A DNA stretch of 64,000 nt, taken from contig CAYJXI010000007.1 of the NCBI GenBank assembly GCA_964374105.1, forward strand, positions 13,096 through 77,095. The letters run 5' to 3'. The position numbers were made by a program, and so were the translations under genes. The first letter of the stretch is position 1. Each line of letters starts with the position of its first letter. This document shows positions 47,132-56,964 of the stretch, piece after piece. The DNA is from an uncultured Planctomycetales bacterium. Lineage in GTDB: Bacteria > Omnitrophota > Gorgyraeia > Zapsychrales > JANLHA01. The notes under the pieces are model-generated. The model was given only the letters and a program-made list of their open reading frames with translations, made no database searches and had not been told where the DNA came from.

Positions 47132-48751
47132 ATGAAACGATTAAACTTTCTTCCTTCCAAAGGACGAAGATTTTTAGCCATCGATTTTGGCCATTCCCGA
47201 GTGGTGATAACGCATGTGTCTTTGGTGTTTGATCGATATAAGCTCCTCCATTATGAAATCAAAGAGGTTGTGCCCAAAAGAGAAAATGAAAAGGAAGATA
47301 TCCCCAATTTTATTATCGGTTTTATCAAAAAGAATTCCATCCGGCACAGGGATGTCATTTTAAGCATTTCTGATCTTGATTCGGTGGCGATTAAAACTTT
47401 AATTTTACCGGAATTGCCGGAAAGGGAAATTCCTAAGGCGGCCAAATGGCAGTTGAAAGAAGAAGTCCCGTTCGATCTGGAGGAGGCCTTGATCGAATGG
47501 CAGATCCTTGATCAATTTTTTGATAATGAGAATATCAAGAAAAGCAGGATTATTTTTATTGCGATTGAGAAACGAATCGCGGACCGATATTTATCCATTC
47601 TTGCCCAATGTCGACTTCGACCTTTAAGCATCGTGAGCGGGTTTTTCAATTTCGCTCATCTTTTAAAGACCTTTCCTAAAATCCTTGAGAATGTGGCTGT
47701 TCTGGATTTGGATGATAAAGATTCCAGCCTAGGCATTTACTGTCATAGCAAATTAAATTTCGTAAGAAGACTCCCTATCGCTATGGAGAAACTTACCGAA
47801 TCATTAACCAATGTAGTCGTGACCGAAAAAGGAAAGATGGAATTGACTTTACAAGAGGCCAAAGAGATTGAAAATACGATCGGGATCCCTTTAGAAGAAT
47901 CCCAAATCCTCAAAGATCAAATTGAAGCTTCCCATATCATTCCCCTGATTCGTCCCCACCTTGAGACCTTGGTTCGGGAGATCAAATCTTCTTTCTACTA
48001 TTTTACTTCCAACTTTGGTATTGAACGCGCCAGCCAATTGTTCTTAACGGGTAAAGGTGCTTATTTAAAGAATCTTGATTCCTATTTATCCAAGGAGTTG
48101 GGAATTAAAGTCTCGCTGTTTCCCTGGCCACCGACATTGGAGAAAAGCGTCACAAAAAATAAAGGATTGCTGCTTCCAGATGAGCTGAAGATATCGAAAT
48201 GTTTGGGGGCGACCTTAGGGTTAACCCAAGGGATCAATGTCCTACCATTGGATTTAAAGACAAAGAATGTTGAAATTTTTCAGAAGGCACTGGTGAGAAT
48301 CATTTCGATTACATTAACGATCGTCTTATCGTTTCTTATTTTTATAACGGAATTTCAGATCAAGGATTACCAAAATCGGTTAAGCAATGCCCAAACCCAA
48401 TTAACGATCATCAGCGGAATTAAGTATTTAAAAGTGGGAATCAAAGGCTACGAGGAACTCATTGATAAAATTCAATATCATGAGATCCCCACCCACGGGA
48501 TTTTAAAGGTCCTTAGCAATACCATCCCCGAGGAGATAATCTTAGATGAATTTGTTTGGTATCGCGGCAATGCGCAAATGATCTTGAAAGGTAAGGTTTT
48601 AACCAAGGAAGATCAAAATCAATCTGTTTTAACGCATTTCATGGAGCGGCTGGAGAGATCACAGTTTATAACGGATGCGGTGCTTGTTTCTTCCAACAAA
48701 GGTGTGGGGATCCAGATTTTTGAAATCCGATGTGATCTCCTCCACAATTAA
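47132..48751 (+). CDS. pilM: PilM (actin-like ATPase) fused to PilN-like TM/coiled-coil domain
   Basis: N-terminal FLAIDFGHSRVVIT... actin-like fold (about 350 aa). A TM helix (LVRIISITLTIVLSFLIF) and a PilN-like periplasmic domain follow. Total 539 aa. Confidence 0.65.
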   Translation: MKRLNFLPSKGRRFLAIDFGHSRVVITHVSLVFDRYKLLHYEIKEVVPKRENEKEDIPNFIIGFIKKNSIRHRDVILSISDLDSVAIKTLILPELPEREIPKAAKWQLKEEVPFDLEEALIEWQILDQFFDNENIKKSRIIFIAIEKRIADRYLSILAQCRLRPLSIVSGFFNFAHLLKTFPKILENVAVLDLDDKDSSLGIYCHSKLNFVRRLPIAMEKLTESLTNVVVTEKGKMELTLQEAKEIENTIGIPLEESQILKDQIEASHIIPLIRPHLETLVREIKSSFYYFTSNFGIERASQLFLTGKGAYLKNLDSYLSKELGIKVSLFPWPPTLEKSVTKNKGLLLPDELKISKCLGATLGLTQGINVLPLDLKTKNVEIFQKALVRIISITLTIVLSFLIFITEFQIKDYQNRLSNAQTQLTIISGIKYLKVGIKGYEELIDKIQYHEIPTHGILKVLSNTIPEEIILDEFVWYRGNAQMILKGKVLTKEDQNQSVLTHFMERLERSQFITDAVLVSSNKGVGIQIFEIRCDLLHN

Positions 48752-48753
48752 AT

Positions 48754-49329
48754 ATGGAAAGAGATCTTACCCCCTCTCAGAGAAAGATTTTTATATTGGC
48801 GATACTGCTGGGGGTTGTGTTTTTCCTGGTTTGGATATTCATTGTTATCCCTCGGCAGATAACTTTAAGTCGTATGAAAGAAGAGTTGAAATCTATTCAA
48901 AATCAAATTTTGGAAATCGAGTCGATCGTACCTAAAGATGCAAAAATTGATCAGGTCATACGGGCTTTTGATGAAGAGAAACAACGTCTCGTTTCCAAAT
49001 TTCCCAATCGGGATGAAGAGGGAATCAAAATGCTTTCTGACTATGCGCGTAAGTTTAACATTGAAATCGTTTCTCTGCGATCGCAGACCAAGGTATTATT
49101 TTTTGACCGGGATCAAAAGAAAGTTGAGATTGAGGGAAAAAACTGTTATCAAGTTCTTGTATCGATCGAGTTGAAAAGTCAATTTAAGAATCTGGTTCAA
49201 TATCTTCAGGATTTAAAAAAGACATTCCCCCGCTACATCACGTTAGAAAAAGTGAAAATCAATAAAGATTTTTCTTCTCCCAACTCGTTGTATGTAACCG
49301 TGGACCTTTATTTGTATCTTTTAACTTGA
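48754..49329 (+). CDS. pilO: PilO-like pilus assembly protein
   Basis: Single N-terminal TM and a coiled-coil (LSRMKEELKSIQNQILEIES). Its position after pilMN supports the call. Confidence 0.55.
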   Translation: MERDLTPSQRKIFILAILLGVVFFLVWIFIVIPRQITLSRMKEELKSIQNQILEIESIVPKDAKIDQVIRAFDEEKQRLVSKFPNRDEEGIKMLSDYARKFNIEIVSLRSQTKVLFFDRDQKKVEIEGKNCYQVLVSIELKSQFKNLVQYLQDLKKTFPRYITLEKVKINKDFSSPNSLYVTVDLYLYLLT

Positions 49330-49330
49330 G

Positions 49331-49771
49331 ATGAAAAGTAAGGAAAAAATTGAAGTTGGGGTAACCGTAATCTTAATTATCATATTCTGTTTTCTTTTCT
49401 TTTGGACTGTCTTTAAGAAAAATAATTCCCAACCTTTATTAAAGGGCATTCCATCTCCCCCTTTGAATCTCGTTATTTATAATCCTCAATCAGTTAAAAA
49501 TTTATATAAAACCCTTGAAGAAGAGATTCTCAATCAAGAAATCCCTAGGGATCCTTTCTACAAAGTGCCGGTCATCGCAAGCGATGAGACCCCCAAATTG
49601 ATCTTGTATGGCATTGCTTGGGATGAGAATAAACCAACGGCGATGATTAATAATGAAATTGTAGAAGAGGGAAGTACCATCCTTGGCTATAGTGTGGTGG
49701 CTATCAAAGAAGATCGCGTTATTCTTCTGGACAATGAAAATAAAATATTAGAATTGGTGATTGGGCCTTGA
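49331..49771 (+). CDS. pilP: PilP-like pilus assembly lipoprotein/periplasmic protein
   Basis: N-terminal TM/signal, RDPF motif, and a C-terminal beta-domain GIAWDENKPTAMINNEIVEEGSTILGYSVVAI. Confidence 0.45.
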   Translation: MKSKEKIEVGVTVILIIIFCFLFFWTVFKKNNSQPLLKGIPSPPLNLVIYNPQSVKNLYKTLEEEILNQEIPRDPFYKVPVIASDETPKLILYGIAWDENKPTAMINNEIVEEGSTILGYSVVAIKEDRVILLDNENKILELVIGP

Positions 49772-49800
49772 AGAGAGGTTAAGTGGTGGCGGCTTCTTCC

Positions 49801-50460
49801 TTAATCCGTAATATGATGCTTAATCACCTTTCCATCGACCATATAGATCACATCCTCGCAGATGTTGGTGGAATGATCCGCAACCCTTTCTAAGTTTTTG
49901 GCGACCAAGATCAAATCAATCACCCGTTCCACGGGCGATTGGTCTTCCGGCTTGGCCTTCAATATTTCCATGAAAATTTCATGATTGAGATCATCCACTT
50001 CGTCATCGCGTTTGCAGACTTCGTAAGCCAGCTTGGAATCTTTATTGACAAAGGCATTGAGGCTGTCTTTAAGCATCCCTTGGGCGGCCTGCGCCATTTT
50101 AGGAATGTTGAGTCGCAATTTGAGCGGAGGGACTTTTAATAAATCTAACGTTCTTTGCGCAATGTTGACCGCGAGATCCCCGATCCTTTCTAGGTCACTG
50201 TTGATCTTCAGGGTGGAGGTGATAAAGCGAAGATCTCCCGCTGTCGGTTGATACAAGGCAAGAAGTTTTAAACAAAGTTCATCGATCTCAATTTCCAGGA
50301 GATTGACGGCATCATCCGATTTGATCACCTTGTAAGACAATTCGGCATCTCGTTCCATCAAGGCCTTGATAGAGGAGCTGATGCTCTCTTCCACAAGTCC
50401 ACTCATTCTTAAAAGTTTTTCTTTTAAGTTCCTTAAGGCCTCATCAAAATGACGTTGCAT
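49801..50460 (-). CDS. phoU: Phosphate signalling complex protein PhoU
   Basis: Two PhoU repeats (...DLERIGDLAVNIA... / ...NLERVADHSTNIC...). Confidence 0.9.
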   Translation of the reverse strand: MQRHFDEALRNLKEKLLRMSGLVEESISSSIKALMERDAELSYKVIKSDDAVNLLEIEIDELCLKLLALYQPTAGDLRFITSTLKINSDLERIGDLAVNIAQRTLDLLKVPPLKLRLNIPKMAQAAQGMLKDSLNAFVNKDSKLAYEVCKRDDEVDDLNHEIFMEILKAKPEDQSPVERVIDLILVAKNLERVADHSTNICEDVIYMVDGKVIKHHITD

Positions 50461-50483
50461 GGGTTACTCCTCTCGATTGTGTT

Positions 50484-51305
50484 TTATCCGAACCGTCCGG
50501 TAATGTAAGCATCGGTGCGTTGATCACGAGGATTTGTAAAAATATTTTTTGTTTTTCCAAACTCAATCAATTCTCCTAAAAGCATAACCCCGGTATCATC
50601 TGAGACACGGGCGGCCTGCTGCATATTGTGCGTGACAATAATGATGGTGTAATTCTCTTGAAGGACCCGCATCAATTCTTCAATCCGGTCGGTGGCGATG
50701 GGGTCCAGGGCCGAACAAGGCTCATCCATTAAAAGGATTTCTGGTTTTACTGGTAAAAGTCTAGCGATGCACAGACGCTGTTGTTGTTCCAGGGAAAGAT
50801 TTAAAGCATTGGTATGCAGTTTGTCTTTAAGATCATCCCACAGTAAAACAGCCTTTAAAGATTCCTCCACAATTGTATCATAATCTTGTCTTTTCGCACT
50901 CTGATGGATTTTGGGTCCAAAGAGGATATTTTCATAAACACTTAAAGGGAAGGGATTGGGTCTCTGGAAGACCATTCCGACCTTTTTTCTTAAACCTACC
51001 AGATTTGTTTTTTCGTTTAAGATATTTTCCTCATCGATGAGGACTTCTCCGGTAATCTTGACCCCTTCAATAAGATCATTCATACGATTAAGGGTTCGTA
51101 AAAAAGTGGACTTGCCACAACCGGAAGGTCCGATGAGAGCGGTGATAGAGTTTTTCTCAACTTTGATATCGATGTCCTTTAAAGCATGAAAACCACTATA
51201 GAATAAATTAAGGTCTTTCGTTTTAACGATAGGTGTGGGCTTGAGGGAGGACTTCGCCCGGCTGTAGATGTTTGATTTTCTTTCCAACATATCATTATTC
51301 TTCAT
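50484..51305 (-). CDS. pstB: Phosphate ABC transporter ATP-binding protein PstB (copy 2)
   Basis: Walker A GPSGCGKST, ABC signature LSLEQQQRL, Walker B LLMDEP. Pst-type C-terminus. Confidence 0.9.
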   Translation of the reverse strand: MKNNDMLERKSNIYSRAKSSLKPTPIVKTKDLNLFYSGFHALKDIDIKVEKNSITALIGPSGCGKSTFLRTLNRMNDLIEGVKITGEVLIDEENILNEKTNLVGLRKKVGMVFQRPNPFPLSVYENILFGPKIHQSAKRQDYDTIVEESLKAVLLWDDLKDKLHTNALNLSLEQQQRLCIARLLPVKPEILLMDEPCSALDPIATDRIEELMRVLQENYTIIIVTHNMQQAARVSDDTGVMLLGELIEFGKTKNIFTNPRDQRTDAYITGRFG

Positions 51306-51307
51306 GA

Positions 51308-52069
51308 TTAACCAAACCTCCCAGAGATATAATCATTCGTTCTTTGATCGGAAGGATTGGTAAATATTTTCTCCGTGCGATCAATTTCGATCAATTCTCC
51401 CATGAGAAAAAAGGCAGTTCGCTCGCTGACTCGGGCGGCCTGTTTGGTATTGTTGGTGACAAGGATCTGGGTGTATTTATTTTGAAACTTTACCATGGCT
51501 TCTTCAATCTTTGCCGTTGAAATAGGGTCTAAGCCAGAACAAGGTTCATCGTATAAAATGACCTCAGGATCAACAGCCAGCGTCCTGGCTAAACATAATC
51601 GTTGCTGTTGCCCACCGGATAATTTTAAGGCGGAGGAATTCAGCCGGTCTTTCACTTCCTCCCATAGATAGGCTGCTTTTAAAGATGTTGCAACAATCTT
51701 CTCTAGCTGTTTTTTATCATGTATCCCATGGCGTCGGGGTCCGTAAACAACATTTTCAAATATGGTTAATGGCAAGGGTACAGGTAAAGCAAACACCATT
51801 CCCATCCTTTTTCTTAACTGACCAATTTCGATATCTTTATAAATATCCAGGTTGTCCAAAGTAATTTTCCCTTGATATTTGAAATGGACATTGAGATCAT
51901 TCAGGCGATTCAAAGAACGTAAAAGAGTACTTTTGCCACTGTTGGCAGGACCAATGACACTTAAGATCTCGTTCTCATAGACCTTAATGTTGATAGATTT
52001 TAAAGAATGAGCGAAGCCAAACCAGGCATTCAGATCGTCTGTCTTAATTTTAACTTTTTGTGTCACCAT
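51308..52069 (-). CDS. pstB: Phosphate ABC transporter ATP-binding protein PstB (copy 1)
   Basis: GPANSGKST, LSGGQQQRL, ILYDEP. Confidence 0.9.
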   Translation of the reverse strand: MVTQKVKIKTDDLNAWFGFAHSLKSINIKVYENEILSVIGPANSGKSTLLRSLNRLNDLNVHFKYQGKITLDNLDIYKDIEIGQLRKRMGMVFALPVPLPLTIFENVVYGPRRHGIHDKKQLEKIVATSLKAAYLWEEVKDRLNSSALKLSGGQQQRLCLARTLAVDPEVILYDEPCSGLDPISTAKIEEAMVKFQNKYTQILVTNNTKQAARVSERTAFFLMGELIEIDRTEKIFTNPSDQRTNDYISGRFG

Positions 52070-52914
52070 TTTTTCTTTTTTCTAAACTGGGCACGAACAA
52101 GGATCGCTAAAAAATTCATGGATAAAACCATGACTAATAAAACCAGCGCTGTTCCATAACGAACACGCTCCTCAACATTGGGGACCTGCGTTGAAATGAC
52201 GAAGAGATGATAAGGCAAGGCCATGGCTTGATCAAAAATCGATTGCGGCAATTTGGGAAGATAAAATGCCGCTACGGTAAATAAAATAGGGGCCGTTTCT
52301 CCTGCCGCACGGCTGATCCCTAAGATCACACCGGTGAGAATCCCCGGCATGGCATGAGGGAGAACTGAATAACGAATTGTCTGCCATTTGCTGGCACCTA
52401 AGGAGAGACTGACCTCACGGAAAGATTGAGGCACGCTATCCAGTGCTTCTTTCGAAGTCGTAATGATAATAGGAAGAACCATAATCGCCAAGGTTAGAGA
52501 GCCCGCCAGGATGGAAGCCCCGAATTTAAGGAAAATCACAAAAATCCCTAAGCCAAAGAGACCGTAAACTACGGATGGGACCCCCGCCAAATTGATGATG
52601 GCGAGTTTTACCAACCGAGTTAATAGATTATCTTTGGCATATTCCGTCAAATAAATAGCTGAAAAAACCCCTAAGGGAAGAGCAAAAATGAGTGTTCCCA
52701 AGACTAGACAAAGTGTGCCAACGATGGCAGGGAAGATGCCGCCTTCCCGCATTCCCATTTTGGGCATTGTGGTTAAAAACTCTAGGGAAATTGCCGGGAT
52801 TCCCTTCTTGATGATAATCAACAATATAAAAATGACCGGAAGGACAACCAGAACAGTCGCCAAGAAAAGGATAGAAAAGGCAATTCTTTCCGTAAAATAA
52901 GGATTATTTTTCAT
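52063..52914 (-). CDS. pstA: Phosphate ABC transporter permease PstA
   Basis: 6 TM with an EAA-like loop (SLGASKWQTIRYSVLP...). Confidence 0.85.
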   Translation of the reverse strand: MKNNPYFTERIAFSILFLATVLVVLPVIFILLIIIKKGIPAISLEFLTTMPKMGMREGGIFPAIVGTLCLVLGTLIFALPLGVFSAIYLTEYAKDNLLTRLVKLAIINLAGVPSVVYGLFGLGIFVIFLKFGASILAGSLTLAIMVLPIIITTSKEALDSVPQSFREVSLSLGASKWQTIRYSVLPHAMPGILTGVILGISRAAGETAPILFTVAAFYLPKLPQSIFDQAMALPYHLFVISTQVPNVEERVRYGTALVLLVMVLSMNFLAILVRAQFRKKKKW

Positions 52915-52927
52915 GTTTTGATTTGCA

Positions 52928-52966
52928 GAAAAGTGACAGTCACCAAAAGGTGACTGTCACTTTTCT
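52928..52966. repeat. Intra-operon perfect hairpin aaaagtgacagtcacc-aaaa-ggtgactgtcactttt between pstC and pstA
   Basis: 16-bp perfect stem in the 51-nt pstC-pstA gap. A T-tract follows on the transcribed (minus) strand. Confidence 0.45.
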
Positions 52967-53835
52967 TATAACTTCCGATGAATCGCTAAATCCGCAAAAA
53001 AGTTAATAATGAATGTGATCACAAAAAGGACAATCCCAATAGCAAACAGGGCATGATAATGATCACTTCCTTGGACCGTTTCTCCCATTTCGGCAGCGAT
53101 CGTTGCCGTTAAGGTTCGGACCGGTTGAAAAAGGGAGGATGGAATTTTAACGGCATTCCCGGTGATCATCATAACCGCCATAGTTTCCCCTATGACTCGT
53201 CCAATTCCCAGCATGACCGCTGCTACTATTCCCGAGGAAGCAGCCCGTAATACAACCCGCCAAATAGCCTGCCAACGAGTGGCTCCCAAGGCTAAAGCCG
53301 CTTCTTTATATTTTTTGGGGACCGCGGTCAAGGCATCCTCGGCAATACTAACAATTGTCGGCATCGCCATAAAGGCCAGTATCAAAGAACCAGAAAAAGC
53401 TGTCAGGCCGGTGGGAAGATGAAAAAAATTTTTAACAAAAGGAACAAGGGTTGTCATTCCGATAAATCCTAAAACAACACTGGGGATCGCGGCCAAGATT
53501 TCAATTCCGGATTTGAGGATTTCTTTAATGCGTGGGGAGGCAACCTCGGCAATGTAAACCGCACTGGCCACCCCTATTGGAACAGAGAGGATCGTTGCGC
53601 CGAGGGTGACATAGAGGGACCCCAGGATTAAAGGTAAAATCCCAAATTTAGCCGGGTCAGAGATGGGATACCACTGTCGTCCTAAGAGAAAGTCAAAAAG
53701 AGAAATTTTTTGAAAAAGAGAAAGCCCCTCTTTAGCAAGGAAGGTAAATATCAACAAAACGACGACAATGGAGGTGATTCCACAGGCCAGGATGATTTTT
53801 TCAATAAGGAATTCTTTAAGATTTTTCAGGAGCAT
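52966..53835 (-). CDS. pstC: Phosphate ABC transporter permease PstC
   Basis: 6 TM with an EAA loop (ALALGATRWQAIWRVVL). Confidence 0.85.
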   Translation of the reverse strand: MLLKNLKEFLIEKIILACGITSIVVVLLIFTFLAKEGLSLFQKISLFDFLLGRQWYPISDPAKFGILPLILGSLYVTLGATILSVPIGVASAVYIAEVASPRIKEILKSGIEILAAIPSVVLGFIGMTTLVPFVKNFFHLPTGLTAFSGSLILAFMAMPTIVSIAEDALTAVPKKYKEAALALGATRWQAIWRVVLRAASSGIVAAVMLGIGRVIGETMAVMMITGNAVKIPSSLFQPVRTLTATIAAEMGETVQGSDHYHALFAIGIVLFVITFIINFFADLAIHRKL

Positions 53836-53837
53836 GA

Positions 53838-54746
53838 TTATTGGACGGGAACAAAATCAATCTGACGAATAATCTGTTGCCCTTCTTTACTTAAAATAAA
53901 ATCTATAAATTCTTTAACGATCCCTTGCGGTTCTCCATTGGTATACATAAGAAGGGGCCGAGAGATATAGTATTGACCGCTTTTTACATTTTCAATTGTA
54001 GGGAGGATAAAGGGGCTGTTTTTATCCTTGGCAATGGCAAGGATTTTTTGAGTGGAATTGGCATAACCCATCCCATAATAGCCAATGCCATTTGGGTTTT
54101 GATTGATTTCATCCGCAATGGCCTGGGAGGAAGGCATCAATAATGCCCCTTGTGCAAATTCTTCTTTGCGGGATTCATCTCCTCCTCTTAAAACATGCTC
54201 CTTAAAATAAACATGGGTCCCGGAATTAACTTCCCGGGATAAAAGAACGATGGGGGTGTCAACGCCTCCAACTTCTTTCCAATTCTTAATTTTCCCTGTG
54301 AAAATGTCAGCGACCTGATCGACCGTCAATTGAGTCACAGGATTTTGCGGGCTAACGACAACGGCCAACCCATCCAAGGCCACAGTTAATTCTTTGGGTT
54401 CAATCCCATTGGTTCGAGCTTGAACTAATTCCTTGTCTTTCATTTTACGGGAAGTAGCGGCAAGATCGCATGTCCCATTGAGCAGGGCGGCAATGCCGGT
54501 GCCGGATCCCCCTCCTGTCACGGCTACAAAAGCGTTTGGATTTTTTTTCATAAAACCTTCAGCCCAGGCTTGCCCCAGATTAACCATTGTATCGGATCCT
54601 TTGATCTGAATGGAATGGGCGGAATCAGAGGAATGGCCTGATCGTGAAGAATCATTCAATGATTCGCGGGTGGTATTTCGTTCGCAAGCAGAAAGCAATC
54701 CGATGCAGAGTAATAAAGATATCAATAAATTTTCAGAAATCTTCAT
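53838..54746 (-). CDS. pstS: Phosphate-binding protein PstS (lipoprotein)
   Basis: Lipobox LLSAC, then a PBP superfamily fold (TGGGSGTGIAAL...). Confidence 0.85.
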   Translation of the reverse strand: MKISENLLISLLLCIGLLSACERNTTRESLNDSSRSGHSSDSAHSIQIKGSDTMVNLGQAWAEGFMKKNPNAFVAVTGGGSGTGIAALLNGTCDLAATSRKMKDKELVQARTNGIEPKELTVALDGLAVVVSPQNPVTQLTVDQVADIFTGKIKNWKEVGGVDTPIVLLSREVNSGTHVYFKEHVLRGGDESRKEEFAQGALLMPSSQAIADEINQNPNGIGYYGMGYANSTQKILAIAKDKNSPFILPTIENVKSGQYYISRPLLMYTNGEPQGIVKEFIDFILSKEGQQIIRQIDFVPVQ

Positions 54747-54802
54747 CTTGACTCCTATTTGAAAGGTTTGTTAGTTGTTAATATACTTCTAAATTATTAA
54801 AT

Positions 54803-54832
54803 AAGGATTAATGAATTGTAAAGATTAGGTTA
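54803..54832 (-). promoter_or_regulatory. Putative Pho boxes upstream of pstS
   Basis: On the minus strand cTTAACCtaatcTTTACAattcaTTAATCc gives three TT(A/T)A(C/T)(C/A)-like direct repeats with exact 11-bp periodicity, about 60-85 nt upstream of the pstS start. Confidence 0.35.
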
Positions 54833-54899
54833 AGAAAAGGCTCAAAGAAAGGATACTTTCTAACCTCTTCATGTTCAAATTATTAAAAAAATCAATCGG

Positions 54900-56267
54900 C
54901 TAGCGAGAATGTTGAATGGGGAGGAAGACGGAAAATAGTGAACCCTTCTGAAGTTCACTTTCGACAGAAACTTTACCTTTATGAACTTGCACCAGATGTT
55001 TGACTATGGCGAGACCCAGACCGGTACCCCCTAAGTCTCGGGATCGACCCTTGTCCACTCGATAAAACCGCTCAAAAATTCGATCGAGATGTTCAGATCC
55101 TATCCCAATTCCTGAATCTTGAACATTGATACGGATATATTCATTTTCTTTTACGGCTTTGATTGTGATGATCCCTCCCGGAGGGGTGAATTTAATAGCA
55201 TTATCCAAGAGATTTAAGAAAACTTGTTCCATTTTAGGAGGATCAATAAAGACCGAAGGAAGACCTTCCGGGATATTGACAATGATTTTGTGTTGTCGGC
55301 TTTCTATTTGATCTTTGCATAAATGGATCACGGGTTCAATAATAGAATTGAGGGAGGTTTTTTCCAGGTTCAAGGTGATTTCCCTTGTTTCGATAGAGGA
55401 CAAACTTAAAATATCATTGACTAAGTTCTCCAATCGATGAGTATGCCTTTGGATAATATCTAAGAATTTCTGCGCTTTCTCTTTATCTTTTAAGGCTCCA
55501 TCCTTAAGTGTTTCCACAAATCCTTTAATAGAGGTTAAGGGTGTTTTTAACTCATGGGAAACATTGGCCACAAACTCGGATCTTAAGCGTGCCAATTTTT
55601 TCATTTCTGTGATGTCATGAAAGACGGCCACCACTGCCGACAAGTTCCCTGAATCGGATATGATGCAGGAGACTTGCATAGAAAATTGGCTTTCTTGCAG
55701 GGAGATAATCGTTATCTCCCTCCTTAATGATTTTTTTTCAGCCATGGCCTCTTTGAGTAAGGAATTGATTTCTTCATTCCGGATCACTTCCCAGTAGGGT
55801 TTACCAATGATATCTCGGGAGCGAAGGTCTAGCATCGTATAGACCGGAGAGTTCATCAGGATCACCCTTTCATCCTTCCCTATGACAATAACCCCCTCTA
55901 CCATACTGGATAGAATAGCCTTGAGTTCATTTTTGTCTTGAGTGATTTCCTTGATTTTATTCTGCAAATCAATCGACATAAACTGAAGGTGTTGGGCGAG
56001 TTCTCCTAATTCATCTTTTCTTCCGAGAGAAATACGACCTTTAAATTCTCCTTGCCGTATTTGTTGGGCCGCATTTTGTATTTCAAGAAGGGGTTTTAAA
56101 TAAACTCGAGTCATAATCCAGTCCAGGATCAGGGCCATGACCGCCCCGATGAAAATCACAATAACAAACTCAAGAGAAGAGAGTTCAAGGATCAATCCTA
56201 ATATAAAAAGACAGACAAAGATGATGCAGGAATTAAAAAAAAATAATTTTTTTACACCCTTATTCAT
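54900..56267 (-). CDS. phoR: Phosphate regulon sensor histidine kinase PhoR
   Basis: TM, HAMP, PAS, HisKA (SHELKTPLTSIKGFVETL) and HATPase (DSGIGIG, GGTGLGLAIV). It overlaps phoB by 8 nt. Confidence 0.85.
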   Translation of the reverse strand: MNKGVKKLFFFNSCIIFVCLFILGLILELSSLEFVIVIFIGAVMALILDWIMTRVYLKPLLEIQNAAQQIRQGEFKGRISLGRKDELGELAQHLQFMSIDLQNKIKEITQDKNELKAILSSMVEGVIVIGKDERVILMNSPVYTMLDLRSRDIIGKPYWEVIRNEEINSLLKEAMAEKKSLRREITIISLQESQFSMQVSCIISDSGNLSAVVAVFHDITEMKKLARLRSEFVANVSHELKTPLTSIKGFVETLKDGALKDKEKAQKFLDIIQRHTHRLENLVNDILSLSSIETREITLNLEKTSLNSIIEPVIHLCKDQIESRQHKIIVNIPEGLPSVFIDPPKMEQVFLNLLDNAIKFTPPGGIITIKAVKENEYIRINVQDSGIGIGSEHLDRIFERFYRVDKGRSRDLGGTGLGLAIVKHLVQVHKGKVSVESELQKGSLFSVFLPIQHSR

Positions 56268-56964
56268 GATCCTGGTCTTCTAAATCCTTAAAACGATAAC
56301 CCACGCCTCTCACTGTTTCTATCAAATGGGCAGCAGTTTTAAGTTTTTTCCTTAACCCACGGATATGCACATCTACCGCACGATCCACAATAAATTTACC
56401 TTCTTTCCAAACTTTATCCATGATCTGGTCACGGCTAAAGACGCGTCCGGGATAACGGGAAAGGAATTCTAAAATATTAAATTCGATCATGGTCAAAGTA
56501 ATAGGTTTGCCTTGATAAGTGATTTTGTGTTTGGGAATATCGATCCTTATTCTGGCGATTTCCCGCATTTCCAGGGGAGTTTTATGATCGGTAAAGCGGC
56601 GTAAAATGGCCTTGACTCGCGCGATTAAAACTTTTGGGCTGAAGGGTTTGGTTACATAATCATCAGCTCCCAGTTGGAGACCCACCACCACATCTGATTC
56701 CTCACTTTTTGCGGTTAACATGAGGATGGGGATTGAGCTAGTTTTATTTTCTTGTTTGAGCAAACGGCAAGTTTCAAGACCGTCCATGCCGGGTAACATC
56801 AGATCAAGAATTATGAGATCAACGGATTGGTGCTGTAAAATCTTAACGGCTTCTTCACCGGTATTGACCGCAACAGTAGACAATCCTTCCCGTTCAAGAT
56901 TGTATTGTACTAATTCCACAATATCTTTTTCATCTTCTACAATGAGAATCTTTGCCTTTTTCAT
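56260..56964 (-). CDS. phoB: Phosphate regulon response regulator PhoB (OmpR family)
   Basis: KILIVEDEKDIVELV...LDLMLPGMDG receiver and a winged-helix (LTMIEFNILEFLSRYPGRVFSRDQI). Confidence 0.85.
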   Translation of the reverse strand: MKKAKILIVEDEKDIVELVQYNLEREGLSTVAVNTGEEAVKILQHQSVDLIILDLMLPGMDGLETCRLLKQENKTSSIPILMLTAKSEESDVVVGLQLGADDYVTKPFSPKVLIARVKAILRRFTDHKTPLEMREIARIRIDIPKHKITYQGKPITLTMIEFNILEFLSRYPGRVFSRDQIMDKVWKEGKFIVDRAVDVHIRGLRKKLKTAAHLIETVRGVGYRFKDLEDQDHE

